64,000 nt of DNA from Octopus vulgaris (lineage: Eukaryota): the NCBI GenBank assembly GCA_951406725.2, contig OX597834.1, forward strand, positions 16,616,001 to 16,680,000. The letters are read 5' to 3'. This document shows positions 52,772-64,000 of the stretch, piece after piece. The notes under the pieces were generated by a model, which saw only the letters and a list, made by a program, of their open reading frames with translations, did no database searches and was not told the DNA's origin. A program made the translations under genes and the position numbers. Every line of letters starts with the position of its first letter. Within the stretch, counting starts at the first letter, position 1.

Positions 52772-55700
52772 TTCTGTGTATATCATCATCATCATCGTTT
52801 AATGTCTGCTTTCCATGTATGTGTGTGTATATATATATGTGTGTGTGAGTAGTATAAAATGTGGCTTTCACAGAAAGCTCTTCTTAAAGACTCAGCTACC
52901 AGTTCACATAGTAATTAAATACAAAATGATACAATGTCAAGGATCAATGTGGCTGGAAATCCAGAAAATCCAAGCGATGAAATTACACAGTGAGGAATAG
53001 ACAAAACAAAGTCAGGAGGTTTGAGAGAGGAATAAATATTTACTTAACCATATGATTTCCATACAATTACAGTCGTTTTGCACACTTCTTCACATGGTAT
53101 GAATTTCAGCATACAAGGATATTATGTATATCTGTTTATATTAATATGTATGCTTTGCATTATACAAAATAGTTGTATCTTCGCAAATTAATGTGAACAG
53201 AGAAGGCTAGCATGTCAGATCACCAGAACATCACAGTTCCATAATTCTAGAGTTAGCCTGCCCTATTTGCATTAATTTGTGAAGACACAACTATTTTGTA
53301 TAATGCGAAGCATACATATTAATGCCAACACATACGCATAATTTCTTGCATGCTGAAATTTGTACTACAAGAGGAAGGTCAGGAAACTGAAATCACATTA
53401 GATATTCATGTCAAACCTCTATGTTTTTATACATATATAGTGTGTGTGTATATGTGTGTATGTGTATATATATATATATATATATTATGGTGGTGGTGTC
53501 AGTGTAAGCCCATATTGGTTTTGAGTGAGCAAATCCATGGTTAAATGCATTTATGTCATTTCCATCCAATCTCCTTATTTTCAAGAATAATGTATCAAGG
53601 ACTAAATTGACCAATGTGTCCTTAAAAAAGTTAAAAAACAAAAACAAAAAAAAAATCAAAGGTTGCAATTTGAGGGATATCTGACTGGTATTTCTAACAG
53701 ACTAGGCAACCATACAGAGGCTCTTCTGTCAGCCTAGACTCCCTTGTTGGCTCTTTATCAAAGAAAGAAATCAATATTAATCAACATAATTATGATTGAC
53801 ATCAACAGCATGAATCATATATCAATCCTACAGCACTGCCACTGCAGTGAATTATTCCTCCATATCATATCTATTTTCAGCGAGAAGGTCATGGTTGTAG
53901 TAAACTAAGTCAATACAACACAGAACTGGTTATTATAATATTCTTGGCTGCTGTTGAACACCCTTTGTTGAGTCAGCTAGCCCCAGCACAAATTATTTAA
54001 TTATCTAGAAGGAAAACAGTGTAGTCAATTGATTTGATTGCAGTATATAACTGGTACTTAATATATTGACTAAAACCACCATGGCTATGTGGTTAAGAAG
54101 CTCACTTTGTAACCATGTGGTTTCGGGTTCAGTCCTACTGTAGAGCACCTTGCGTAAATGTCTTCTACTATAGCCTCAGACTGACCACTGCCTCGTGAGT
54201 ATATTTGCAAGACAGAAACTGCATGGAAGGCTGTCGTGTGTGTGTGTGTGTCTGTTTTTGTGTCTCACCATTGCTTGACCACCAGTGTTGATTTATTTAC
54301 ATCCTCTTAGTGATTTGGCAAAAGAGACCGCAAAATAAGTACTAGATTTAACCCTTTAGCATTTAAACCGGCCATATCCGGCCAAAAGTATTCTGCCTGT
54401 TTTATGTTCAAACTGGCCAGATCTGGTCTCTCACACCAACCCTACAATATCGTTTTAAAAATTAACAGCTACCTCATCAAAATCTCAAAACTACAAGATA
54501 ATGCCTAATTAGTTCAAGACAATGTGGATAAAAAAGTATTAATTATGGTAGAATAATGTGAACACTAAAGGGTTAAAAAAAAAAATAATGGGGGTCAAGC
54601 TATTTGACTAAGCCAACCCTTCAAGATAGTGCCCCAGCATGGCTGCAACCCAATGACTGAAACCAGCAAAAAAAAAAAAAGATTAAAAAAAATACTAAGC
54701 AATGAAAAGCAGCATTGGTTCCCCCATTATTTACATTGATCCTTTTAGGTACATCCTAATTTCAAATTCAAGTGCAGATGTCCTTTATATCTCTTCCCAA
54801 ACACAGAGATATACATTAACCAATATCTTATCAAATCCAAAATTGATACCATCTTTAGTATTAAGTTTCTATGGCAACAAGCGTCATCATGACAACATCG
54901 CCTGATAAGCTATTACATGTGTTTGTTCTTTCAGTTTTGAAAACTCCAAAGTTTACAGGTCATAAATTAATGTTATTACCAATGCACTGGACAACTGATG
55001 ATGTAAGCATTGCAAGTTTCATCCCGCTTAGAGTGATGGGGTGGTAAAGACTACACTCAACCATCCCATATATTCATACACCACCATCATCATTTTAATG
55101 TCCACTTCTCCATGCTTGCAGGGGTCAAACAGAGTTTATTGAGGAAGGTTTTCTATGACCAGATATCATTTCCTGTTGCCACTCCTCACCTGATCCCAAG
55201 CAAGATAATATTTCCCTATGACCAAATATATTTTTGCAGAATTTTGGAAATGACTGACATTCATTTATAACAATCACATGATGTTAAGACAAGGATACAT
55301 ACATACATACATACATACATACACCTATACACACACACAACACAATAAGCTTCTTTCAGTTTCTCTCTACCAAATTCACTCACAAAGCTTTGATCAGTGA
55401 GAAGCTATGTCTTGCAAACAACTTGCACATGCAAGTGCTTCCAGTCAAAAGCTCTGTATACCGGAAGCTAGTAAGTATATGGGGTCATCAGGAGAGAATG
55501 TGCGCCGTTTCGGGGTCTACTTCTCGATGGCATCAATGCGCACCAGCCCCCCTCACTGATTCCGCACAATGGAAATGAGTCTGAAACTATGTGGTTGAAA
55601 ATCAAATTTCTCACACTCTAACCTTTCATAATCTAACAGAGGATCCGATGTCCCCCTCTCCTCTCAAAATTCTTTGTCTTGCAAGTTACTTGGTGACCCT

Positions 55701-56279
55701 GCCAGTGCTGGTGCCACGTAAAAAGCATCCAGTCCACACTGTAAAGTGGTTGGCATTTGGAAGGGCATCCAGCTGTAAAAACCATGCCAAAACTGACCGC
55801 ACTTGCACTGGTGCCATGTAAAATGCACGCAGTCCACTCTGTAGAGCAGTTGGCATTAGGAAGGGCATCCAGGTGTAAAACCTTGTCAAAACAGACACAG
55901 TAGCCTAGGGTAGTCTTCTATCTGGTCAGCTCCTAAATGGAAGGTGGACATTAAACAATGATGATGATGGTGATGATGATGATGATGAGGATGATGACAG
56001 TCATGCCTGTATCTTTACACACACACATGCCTCAATCTGTTTTGCGTTTGATCTTTTTCTACTTTATATCATTCTTTTACAGAAATTAATGGGGAAAATA
56101 AAGCTCAATTTCAATTCATTTATCCAACTTTATGTCAGCCTCAGCAAACATATTTAAAAGCATAAAAATTAGAAACACCGCAACACAAATATTGAAGTGG
56201 AGAAATTAAATGAAATGCATGTAAAACTAAGTACAACCCATTTATTAAAACATCTGAGTTGATAAATTTTAAACAAATA

Positions 56280-56448
56280 GGCGCAGGAGTGGTTGTGTAG
56301 TGAGTAGCTTGCTTACGAACCACATGGTTCCGGGTTCAGTCCCACTGCGTGGCACCTTGGGCAAGTGTCTTCTGCTATAGCCTCGGGCCGACCAAAGCCT
56401 TGTGAGTGGATTTGGTAGGCGGAAACTGAAAGAAGCCTGTCGTATATA

Positions 56449-56481
<33 letters not shown>

Positions 56482-56695
56482 TTGTGTGTGTGTGTTTGTG
56501 TGTGTGTGTTTGTCCCCCTAGCATTGCTTGACAACCGATGCTGGTGTGTTTACGTCCCCGTCACTTAGCGGTTCGGCAAAAGATACCGATAGAATAAGTA
56601 TTGGGCTTACAAAGAATAAGTCCCGGGGTCGATTTGCTCGCTCGACTAAAGGCTGTGCTCCAGCATGGCCGCAGTCAAAATGACTGAAACAAGTA
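56280..56695 (+). mobile_element. Near full-length tRNA-derived SINE, family A (other copies near 9385-9740, 14815-15420, 28865-29230, 33410-33780, 54080-54670, 58510-59085, 61897-62283)
   Basis: A-box/B-box-like head (tggttgtgtagtg...ggttcagtccc), body ggcaccttgggcaagtgtcttc, internal (TG)n and tail tgactgaaacaag; many copies in the window. Confidence 0.8.
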
Positions 56696-59600
56696 TATAA
56701 AAAAAAAAAAAAAAAAAAAATGTTTTCCATGTTACGTCCTTTTTATGCATTCGAACCAATCAATTATCAACATAAGCTGAGGTATTCCTGTATGTAATTA
56801 GGTTTGCATGCCTACTCACTATTTCAAACAATTACGTTCACTTTACATTTGTACTTGTTGACCGTCCCTCTATAACTCCTAACAGAGCTAACCCTAACTT
56901 CATTGTATGCTTACAGTGTGTTGGTTACGGATGTTCAGCTGTTTTTGGTCTACATAATATCCATTATTAAAAATTTTTTAAATCTACATTTCTTAACGTC
57001 AAAACAGACATTTTTCTCTATGACATCACTGTGCAACATGGGACTAAACTCACTCCACTAAATATATTGTTGTGGTAAGTAGAAAATACAAAAATTTATA
57101 TATATATATATTCATAACCAACTCTTCCACCCATCCCACAAGGACGCTATGAATGACCAGCATTTTTAGTGTGTGTGTGAGTGATTGCTATTCATCAAGC
57201 AGTCATTCAACAAGTGAATTCAGAAAATAAAACATAAGTAATACTACAATGGCTGGAAGTCATGCTTGTAACAAGGTTTCAGTTTTTACTGAAATATTAC
57301 ATCATTAATTTACTTCACTTATACAGATCGTCCTAAACAAGACAAAACTTTCCAAATGACAAAGAATCATTAGCTCCTGTGTCCAACTCTCATCATCATC
57401 ATCGAATGTCCATGTTCCATACTGATGTGGACTGGATGTTCATATTCTGCCTTCAACACCACATGGTGTATAGCGGTGGTTCTCTACTATTTTTCACTTA
57501 TGGATCCCTTTGATTCTTGTTTTACTCAGGTGGACACTCATAGCCATTTGAGGTTTTAAAAATCCTTGTTATACTTTTATAATTAAATACTATTATGAAT
57601 TCATCATCATCGTCGTCATCATCATTTAGCATCTGCTTTCCATGCTGGCATGGGTTAGACGGTTTGACTGGAACTGGTAAGCGTGAGGGGTGCACCAGGT
57701 TCCAGCATGGTTTCTATAGCTGGATGCCCTTCCTAACGCCACTCCATGACTTACATGACACAAGCAACAGTCACACTACGATTTCACAGGGGTCATTTAC
57801 ATGACACTGACAACAGCCATGACTACAATTTCACTTGGTTTGATGAGTCTCCTTGATCACTGCATATCGCCAAAGGTCTCAATCACTTTTCATTGCCTCT
57901 GTAAGGCCCAACATTCGAGGTAAGATACTTTGTATATTGTAGAAGTATAACCAATTTATCGCCCGCAATTTTCAACAACAAAATCTTATATGGACCTCGA
58001 AGGGCCATATGGACGCTGGTTGAGAACCACTGGTATGTGTGACCCCTTACTTGAAAAACAGGTCATGGTTAATGTCAGGAAGAGCACCTGGCTGTAAAAC
58101 AATACCTCGACATATTTGTCTGGCCCATGCCAGCATGGAAAAATGGATGCACAATATACAAATGGATGAAACCAATCAAAAATACATTTTGCATTAGGGA
58201 ATCCTACATCGTCATGGTTTTTGCAGTACTTCCGCAATGTGAGGGATGCTCACATACCCCTAACGTTTCTCATTTGGATTTAAATGGATTCATTGTTGTT
58301 GTAAACGATATTGTGAGTTGTCTTCATTGTAAACACAATGTAATACCAGAAACTAGATACAAACTGTTGGTGTCTTGGCCAGTTGCTGACCAGAGCTCTA
58401 TCAATTATCTTTTTCTAAAATATTTAAAGCATATGAAGACAGAAAAAAAAAATGAATGAACATCACAATTTTGTATTAAACAAATAATTTTTTTTTTTTA
58501 GGAGCCGGTATGGTCAAGTGGTCAAGAAGCTCTTTTTGCAACCATATGGTTTTGGGTTCAGTCCTACTATGCAACACCTTGGGCAAGTGTCTTCTACTAT
58601 GACCCCAGGTTGACTAATTCCTTGTGAATAAATTTGGTAGAAATGTGGGGAAACCTGACATATGTGTGTGTGTGTACCCCTACTACCACCAAAGAACAAT
58701 TGTTGGTTTGCTTATTCCCCTGTAACTTAGTGGTTCAGCAAAAGACACTGATAAAATAAGTGCCAAACTTAATCCATTAGCATTAAACCAGCTATATCTG
58801 GCCCAAATACTCAACTTGTTTTATGTTCCAACTAGCCAGATCCAGCATCTCACACCTACCCTACAATGTCATTCTAAAACTGACTATCATCCCATCAAAA
58901 TGTCTTAGCTACAAGGTAATACGTGATTAATTCAAGACAGTGTGAATAAATAAGCATTAGATTTGATAGAATAATCTGAATGCTAAAGGGTTAAAAAAAT
59001 GTACTGAGGTCAATCTGTTCGACTAAAACCCTTCAAGGTGATGCCCCAGGAAGACTGCGGTCCAACGACTGAAACAAGTAAAAGATTAAAGGTGAGGGAA
59101 AGAAAAATCTGGATAACAGCACATGAACTCTGTCTTGTTTTTCTTGATACAGAGACTGAGCTAAAAACATTGGAATTTTTCCATTGCTCGAGGCAACAGC
59201 ATTTATTTTAATTAATTTACACGTTGAGGTGTAGGTACTGCTAGAAGCAGGTATGGCTGTGTGGTAAGAAGTTTGGGATTCTGCGTCACTGCTTGGCATC
59301 TTGTACAGTTGTGTTCTGCTATAGCCCAAGGCTGACTAAAAAAGCCTTGTGTGGATTTAATAAACAAAAACTGAAAGAAGTTCAATGTACACGCATGTGT
59401 GTATGTAGGTAGATTGACAGATTGACAGACAATAGACAGACATTTAGATAGACTGGCAGACAGATGAATAGACAGACTGACAGATAGATGCATAGACAGA
59501 CAGACAGAAACAGATTAAGTGTGGTGGGCAGTGTTACTGTTTCCTTGTACTGACATCATGTGATGTAAATGATTGTTAGTGTCATGCAACTGATGTCCAT

Positions 59601-61430
59601 TTCCAGCCTTTCATGAAAGTATATCTGGTCATAGGAAAATATTACTTTACTCAGAAACAGGTGAGAAAGGGCTTCCGACTTTAGAAAATCTGCCTCAACA
59701 AATTCCATCTGCAAGCAGTGGTTCCCAACCTGGGGTCTGCAAAAGTAGTACTGAGGTTCCTTGAACTAAATTAAAAATTTCATTCATATATATATATATA
59801 TATATATATAAGGAGGAGACCCCTTTAGTCATGAATGACCATGGGATTGCACCTAGAAAGTTACCCTCCGAGGCACAAGTCCGGGCAAGGTTGTTTATGG
59901 AAGGCCAGCAGTCGCCCATGCATACCAGCCACCCCTCTCCACGCCACTGATGTTACCCAAGGGGAAGGCAAAGGCCAATACAGCTTGGCACCAGTGATGT
60001 TGCAACTCAGTTCTATAGCTGAGTTAACTGTAGCAAAGTGAAATAAAGTGTCTTGCTCAAGAACACAACACACAGCCCAGTCCAGGAATTGAATTCACAA
60101 CCTCACGATCATTAGCTCGATGCTCTAACCACTAAGCATAAGGATAAGTATATTAAAACATAAGGATAAGCATATTAAAAGAGATCTCTGGGAAAACTCA
60201 TTTAAATAAAAAGTGGTGGGAACCACTTGACTTAGGATTTCACTGTTTTCACAACCAATTTTAACCGATAGGTTCAAGCAAACTTGATATGAACTCAGTA
60301 ATCTTCTTTTTTTTCTTTATCTTTCCACCGATTTATCAGTCAATATACTTATTACTATCACTTATCTTTTAATCATTACTCATTTCAGTCATTGGACAGT
60401 GGCCATGCTAGGGCACCACATTAAAGTGCTTTTAGTTGAACAAATCGACACTGATATTTTTTAAAAACCTGGATACTTATTCTATCAGTCCCTTTTGCCA
60501 AACCGCCAAGTTATAGGGACGTAAACAAACCAACAAGTTGTTATACCGTGAGTGACAAACACAAACAACTGTGCATGTGTGTGTATGTATACACATATAT
60601 TCATACATATGTTATATATATACACACACGATGGGCTTTTACACAGTTTCATCATCATTTAACATTCGCCTTCCCTGCTGGGATACAAGGTGTTGGTTGG
60701 CTCAGGGCTACAGTAGAAGACACTTGTCCAAGGTGTTGTGCAGTGGGACTGAACCCTAAACCATGTGGTTGCAAAGCAAGCTTCTTAACCGCACTACTAT
60801 ATCAATGCCTTAGAGTAAGGAAGGAAAGCAATCTGGGCACTTGTTAGAATTGGATCTGGAATTTCAGAAATGTGCCAGGAATTACTTCTCCGAAGATGTT
60901 AAGCAAATGGAAAAGAGGCCTCAATGGCAACCATAAGCAACCTGCAGCCCCTGGGCCACATGTGGCCAGCAAGATTTGAATGGTTAGCTCAATGGAAAAA
61001 TATCTTGAAATGTTTTAGCAGTGTGGTATGCTTGAGGGTGAGTCATCTCTCTTACAACCTGCTTTTTGCAAAAGGTTACCCATGCCTGCTCTATGGGGAC
61101 ACATGACCTGCTAGAAATAGAAGCCAAATCTTCGAATTGTATCATACTAAATTAAAAAAGGAAATACACCGTTTACATTAGTTGGACTGGTGTCCTCATC
61201 TTGATTAATGCTTTCACGTTTCCGCTGTGTACACTCGAGCTTTTTTCAGGTGTCTTGTGATTCAACTTAGTGCCTGGCCTGGGATTGAACTCAAACCTCT
61301 AGGTGACTGCACTGCATTAACCAATACCTTTATCTGCTACACTGTGCCCATAAACAGTGATAGAGTGAATTTTTTAGGGTAACTTTCTAGGTGCAATCCC
61401 ATGGTCATTCATGACTGAAGGGGGTCTCCT

Positions 61431-61477
<47 letters not shown>

Positions 61478-62280
61478 TTTGAATTTAGTTCAAGTAACCT
61501 CAGTACTACTTTTGCAGGGAACCACTGTCATGGGGTCTACATTGATGTCTTCTGTCAATTCCATACTGATTGAGTAATGCAAATTCCTCATCTCGGAAAT
61601 ATAGAATTGTAAAAAGAGATAATGTATTTCCCGGTACACTATGCTAATAAGGGGAAAAAATAGGAAGATGATATCTGGAAAGCTATGAGACATATGCCTG
61701 TTCAGCATATGATAACAAAAGCTCTAGATGAGAAAAGGACAAGTCAGATAGTGTACAGAAAAGGCATTCCAGCTGCGGCCATGGGATGGCTCCAGCTGGA
61801 ATGCCTTTGATCACAGGTCAGCTGCATCAGAGCTGACCCTGAAACTAAATAATAGCAATAATTTAAAACTATATTTATAACAACTACATATATACTCTTG
61901 TTTCAGTCATTTGACTGCGGCCATGCTGGAGCACCGCCTTTAATCGAGCAACTCAACCCCGGGACTTATTCTTTTGTAAGCCCAGTACTTATTCTATCGG
62001 TCTCTTTTGCCGAACCGCAAAGTAACAGGGACGTAAACACACCAGCATCAGTTGTCAAGCAATGCTAGGGGGACAAACACAGACACACAAACATACACGC
62101 ACACACATATATATATACATATATACGACGGGCTTCTTTCAGTTTCCATCTACTAAATCCACTCACAAGGCATTGGTCGGCCCGGGGCTATAGCAGAAAA
62201 CACTTGCCCAAGGTGCCACGCAGTGGGACTGAACCCGGAACCATGTGGTTGGTTAGCAAGCTACTTACCACACAGCCACT

Positions 62281-62328
<48 letters not shown>

Positions 62329-62330
62329 TA

Positions 62331-62507
62331 ATATGTGACAATTATTCAATAGCCAAGATAAAACTCTGAGTTTCCACCTCGGCATCCAAAACTCAGAGTT
62401 TTATCTTGGCTATTGAATAATTGTCATATATCATTTTACAGATAAATTTCCTCTATTTACATAATATTGAGGTCTCTTTCTTTCTTTTGTTATCTTACCG
62501 TTTTTAC

Positions 62508-62508
<1 letters not shown>
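62331..62508. mobile_element. Fold-back element in (TA)n with GAAA-CTC-A-GAG-TT at the inversion
   Basis: A ~43-bp inverted repeat: atatgtgacaattattcaatagccaagataaaactctgagttt and aaactcagagttttatcttggctattgaataattgtcatatat. The right arm continues ~75 bp to the next TA tract. Confidence 0.6.
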
Positions 62509-62567
<59 letters not shown>

Positions 62568-63469
62568 CTATATAACAACAGAGGAATATTTGATGAAACA
62601 ATGAAGAATTAAATACTAAAATTTAATCATTGTGCTCAATACTTTCAGAACATATCTGAAGTCTGCCTTATCTGGTCTCTATCTAGCCACCTCTATCTCT
62701 GTCTCTCTTTCTTTTTCTTTCTCTCTGTCTCTCTCTCTCTACTATTGGAAATATATATACATTTGATAACTATTGGAGAGAGAGGGCAGCTATAGTTCAA
62801 CTTCATTGTAAATAAGGTCATCTAAGCACACAGTCACACAACACATACTCCCCACCATTACCAGCACAATTACCACATTACATACATTGACATAATGAAT
62901 TAGAGATATATACATGTGTGTGTGTGTGTGAGAGAGAGACAGAGACAGAGACAGAAAGAAAAGACACAAAAAAGACAGATTTCTTGAGTGCATAACACAA
63001 AGCAGAGCAGGTGAAAAGGTGAAATAAAAATGAAATGGTTTTCTTAAAGAAATCTATAGGAATAGTTGTTGATGGATGGCAGGAATAGTGATGGTAGTGG
63101 TGGTGGTGTTGGTGGTGGAGCAGCAGTGGTGGTGAAGGTGATGGTGAAAAGTAACAGCAGTACTGTCGGTGGTAGTGGTGAATGTAGCAGCAGCAATGGT
63201 TATGAAAAAGCAGATGTCAGTGGCAACTGTGATGGTAACAGTAGTAAGAGCAGTGGTGGTGGTAGTAGTAGTAGTAGTGCTGATGGTAGAAACAATGGCA
63301 TTTGAGGGAAGGAGTCTTTGTGTAGTGGTGGTGGTTGTTGTTGTGGTAGTGTGGTAATAGCATGTGTAGTGTTGTAATAACAGTGGTTGTAGTAGCTAGC
63401 TGCAAAGGTGGTGGCAGTTTGGTTGTGATTGTAGTATTGGTAATAGTAGTGGTGGTGGTGGTAGCAGTG

Positions 63470-64000
63470 GCATTAGTGGTGGTAGCAGTGGCAATTGATG
63501 GTGGTGGTGGTGGTAGCAGTAGCAATTAGTAGTGGTGGTGGTGGTGGTGGTGGTAGCAGTGGCAATTAGTAGTGGTGGTGGTGGTAGCAGTGGCAATTAG
63601 TGGTGGTGGTGGTGGTGGTGGTGGTAGCAGTGGCAATTAGTAGTGGTGGTGGTGGTGGTAGCAGTGGCAATTAGTAGTGGTGGTGGTGGTGGTGGTGGTG
63701 GTAGCAGTGGCAATTAGTAGTGGTGGTGGTGGTAGCAGTGGCAATTAGTGGTGGTGGTGGTGGTGGTAGCAGTGGCAATTAGTAGTGGTGGTGGTGGTGG
63801 TGGTGGTGGTAGCAGTGGCAATTAGTAGTGGTGGTAGTGGTAGCAGTGGCAATTAGTAGTAGTGGTGGTGGTGGTGGTGGTAGCAGTGGCAATTAGTAGT
63901 GGTGGTGGTGGTGGTAGCAGTGGCAATTAGTAGTGGTGGTGGTGGTGGTGGTAGCAGTGGCAATTAGTGGTGGTGGTGGTGGTGGTGGTAGCAGTGGCAA
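63470..64000. repeat. Minisatellite agcagtggcaattagt(agt)(ggt)n, running off the window end
   Basis: The unit repeats more than 15 times with a variable GGT count, preceded by degenerate GGT/AGT-rich sequence from ~63060. Confidence 0.9.

Noticed and set aside
63066-64000. Gly/Ser/Val-rich or Pro/Thr-rich ORFs and a regularly spaced repeat
   Set aside because: A simple GGT-based minisatellite. The intervening sequences are low-complexity and not unique spacers, so it is neither CRISPR nor coding.
45229-64000. Search for the upstream ZDHHC exon encoding KYCxTCxxxRPPRxSHCxxCDNCV
   Set aside because: Not found by eye on the minus strand. It probably lies beyond the window end, although I could have missed it.

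Overview
AT-rich, microsatellite- and SINE-dense eukaryotic genomic DNA. The repeat landscape resembles an octopus or other coleoid cephalopod, which is inference and cannot be proven from this window. The window holds the 3' part of one minus-strand gene, a ZDHHC9/14/18-family (Drosophila app-like) palmitoyltransferase. I read six exons that splice in frame (45091-45228 with DHHC, 38886-38934, 22251-22353 with TTNE, 19299-19408, 17244-17382, 14203-14350), plus uncertain terminal exons; I did not find the 5' exons here. One intron (22354-38885, 16.5 kb) is a U12-type AT-AC intron. Almost all ORF-track entries are microsatellite or SINE artefacts. The most striking non-coding feature is a 1.47-kb element (45706-47171) inserted in a (TA)n tract about 480 nt upstream of the DHHC exon. 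It consists of near-identical ~486-bp monomers, each with a complete type I hammerhead ribozyme, arranged as a tandem array joined head-to-head to an inverted array, with the junction at the ribozyme. Several smaller, older fold-back elements from other sequence families show the same design (inversion centred on a hammerhead, next to TA/CA microsatellites). This points to a recurrent retrozyme- or Penelope-like system. A non-autonomous Helitron, maT and mariner remnants, TTAA-type MITEs and several tRNA-derived SINE families are also present.
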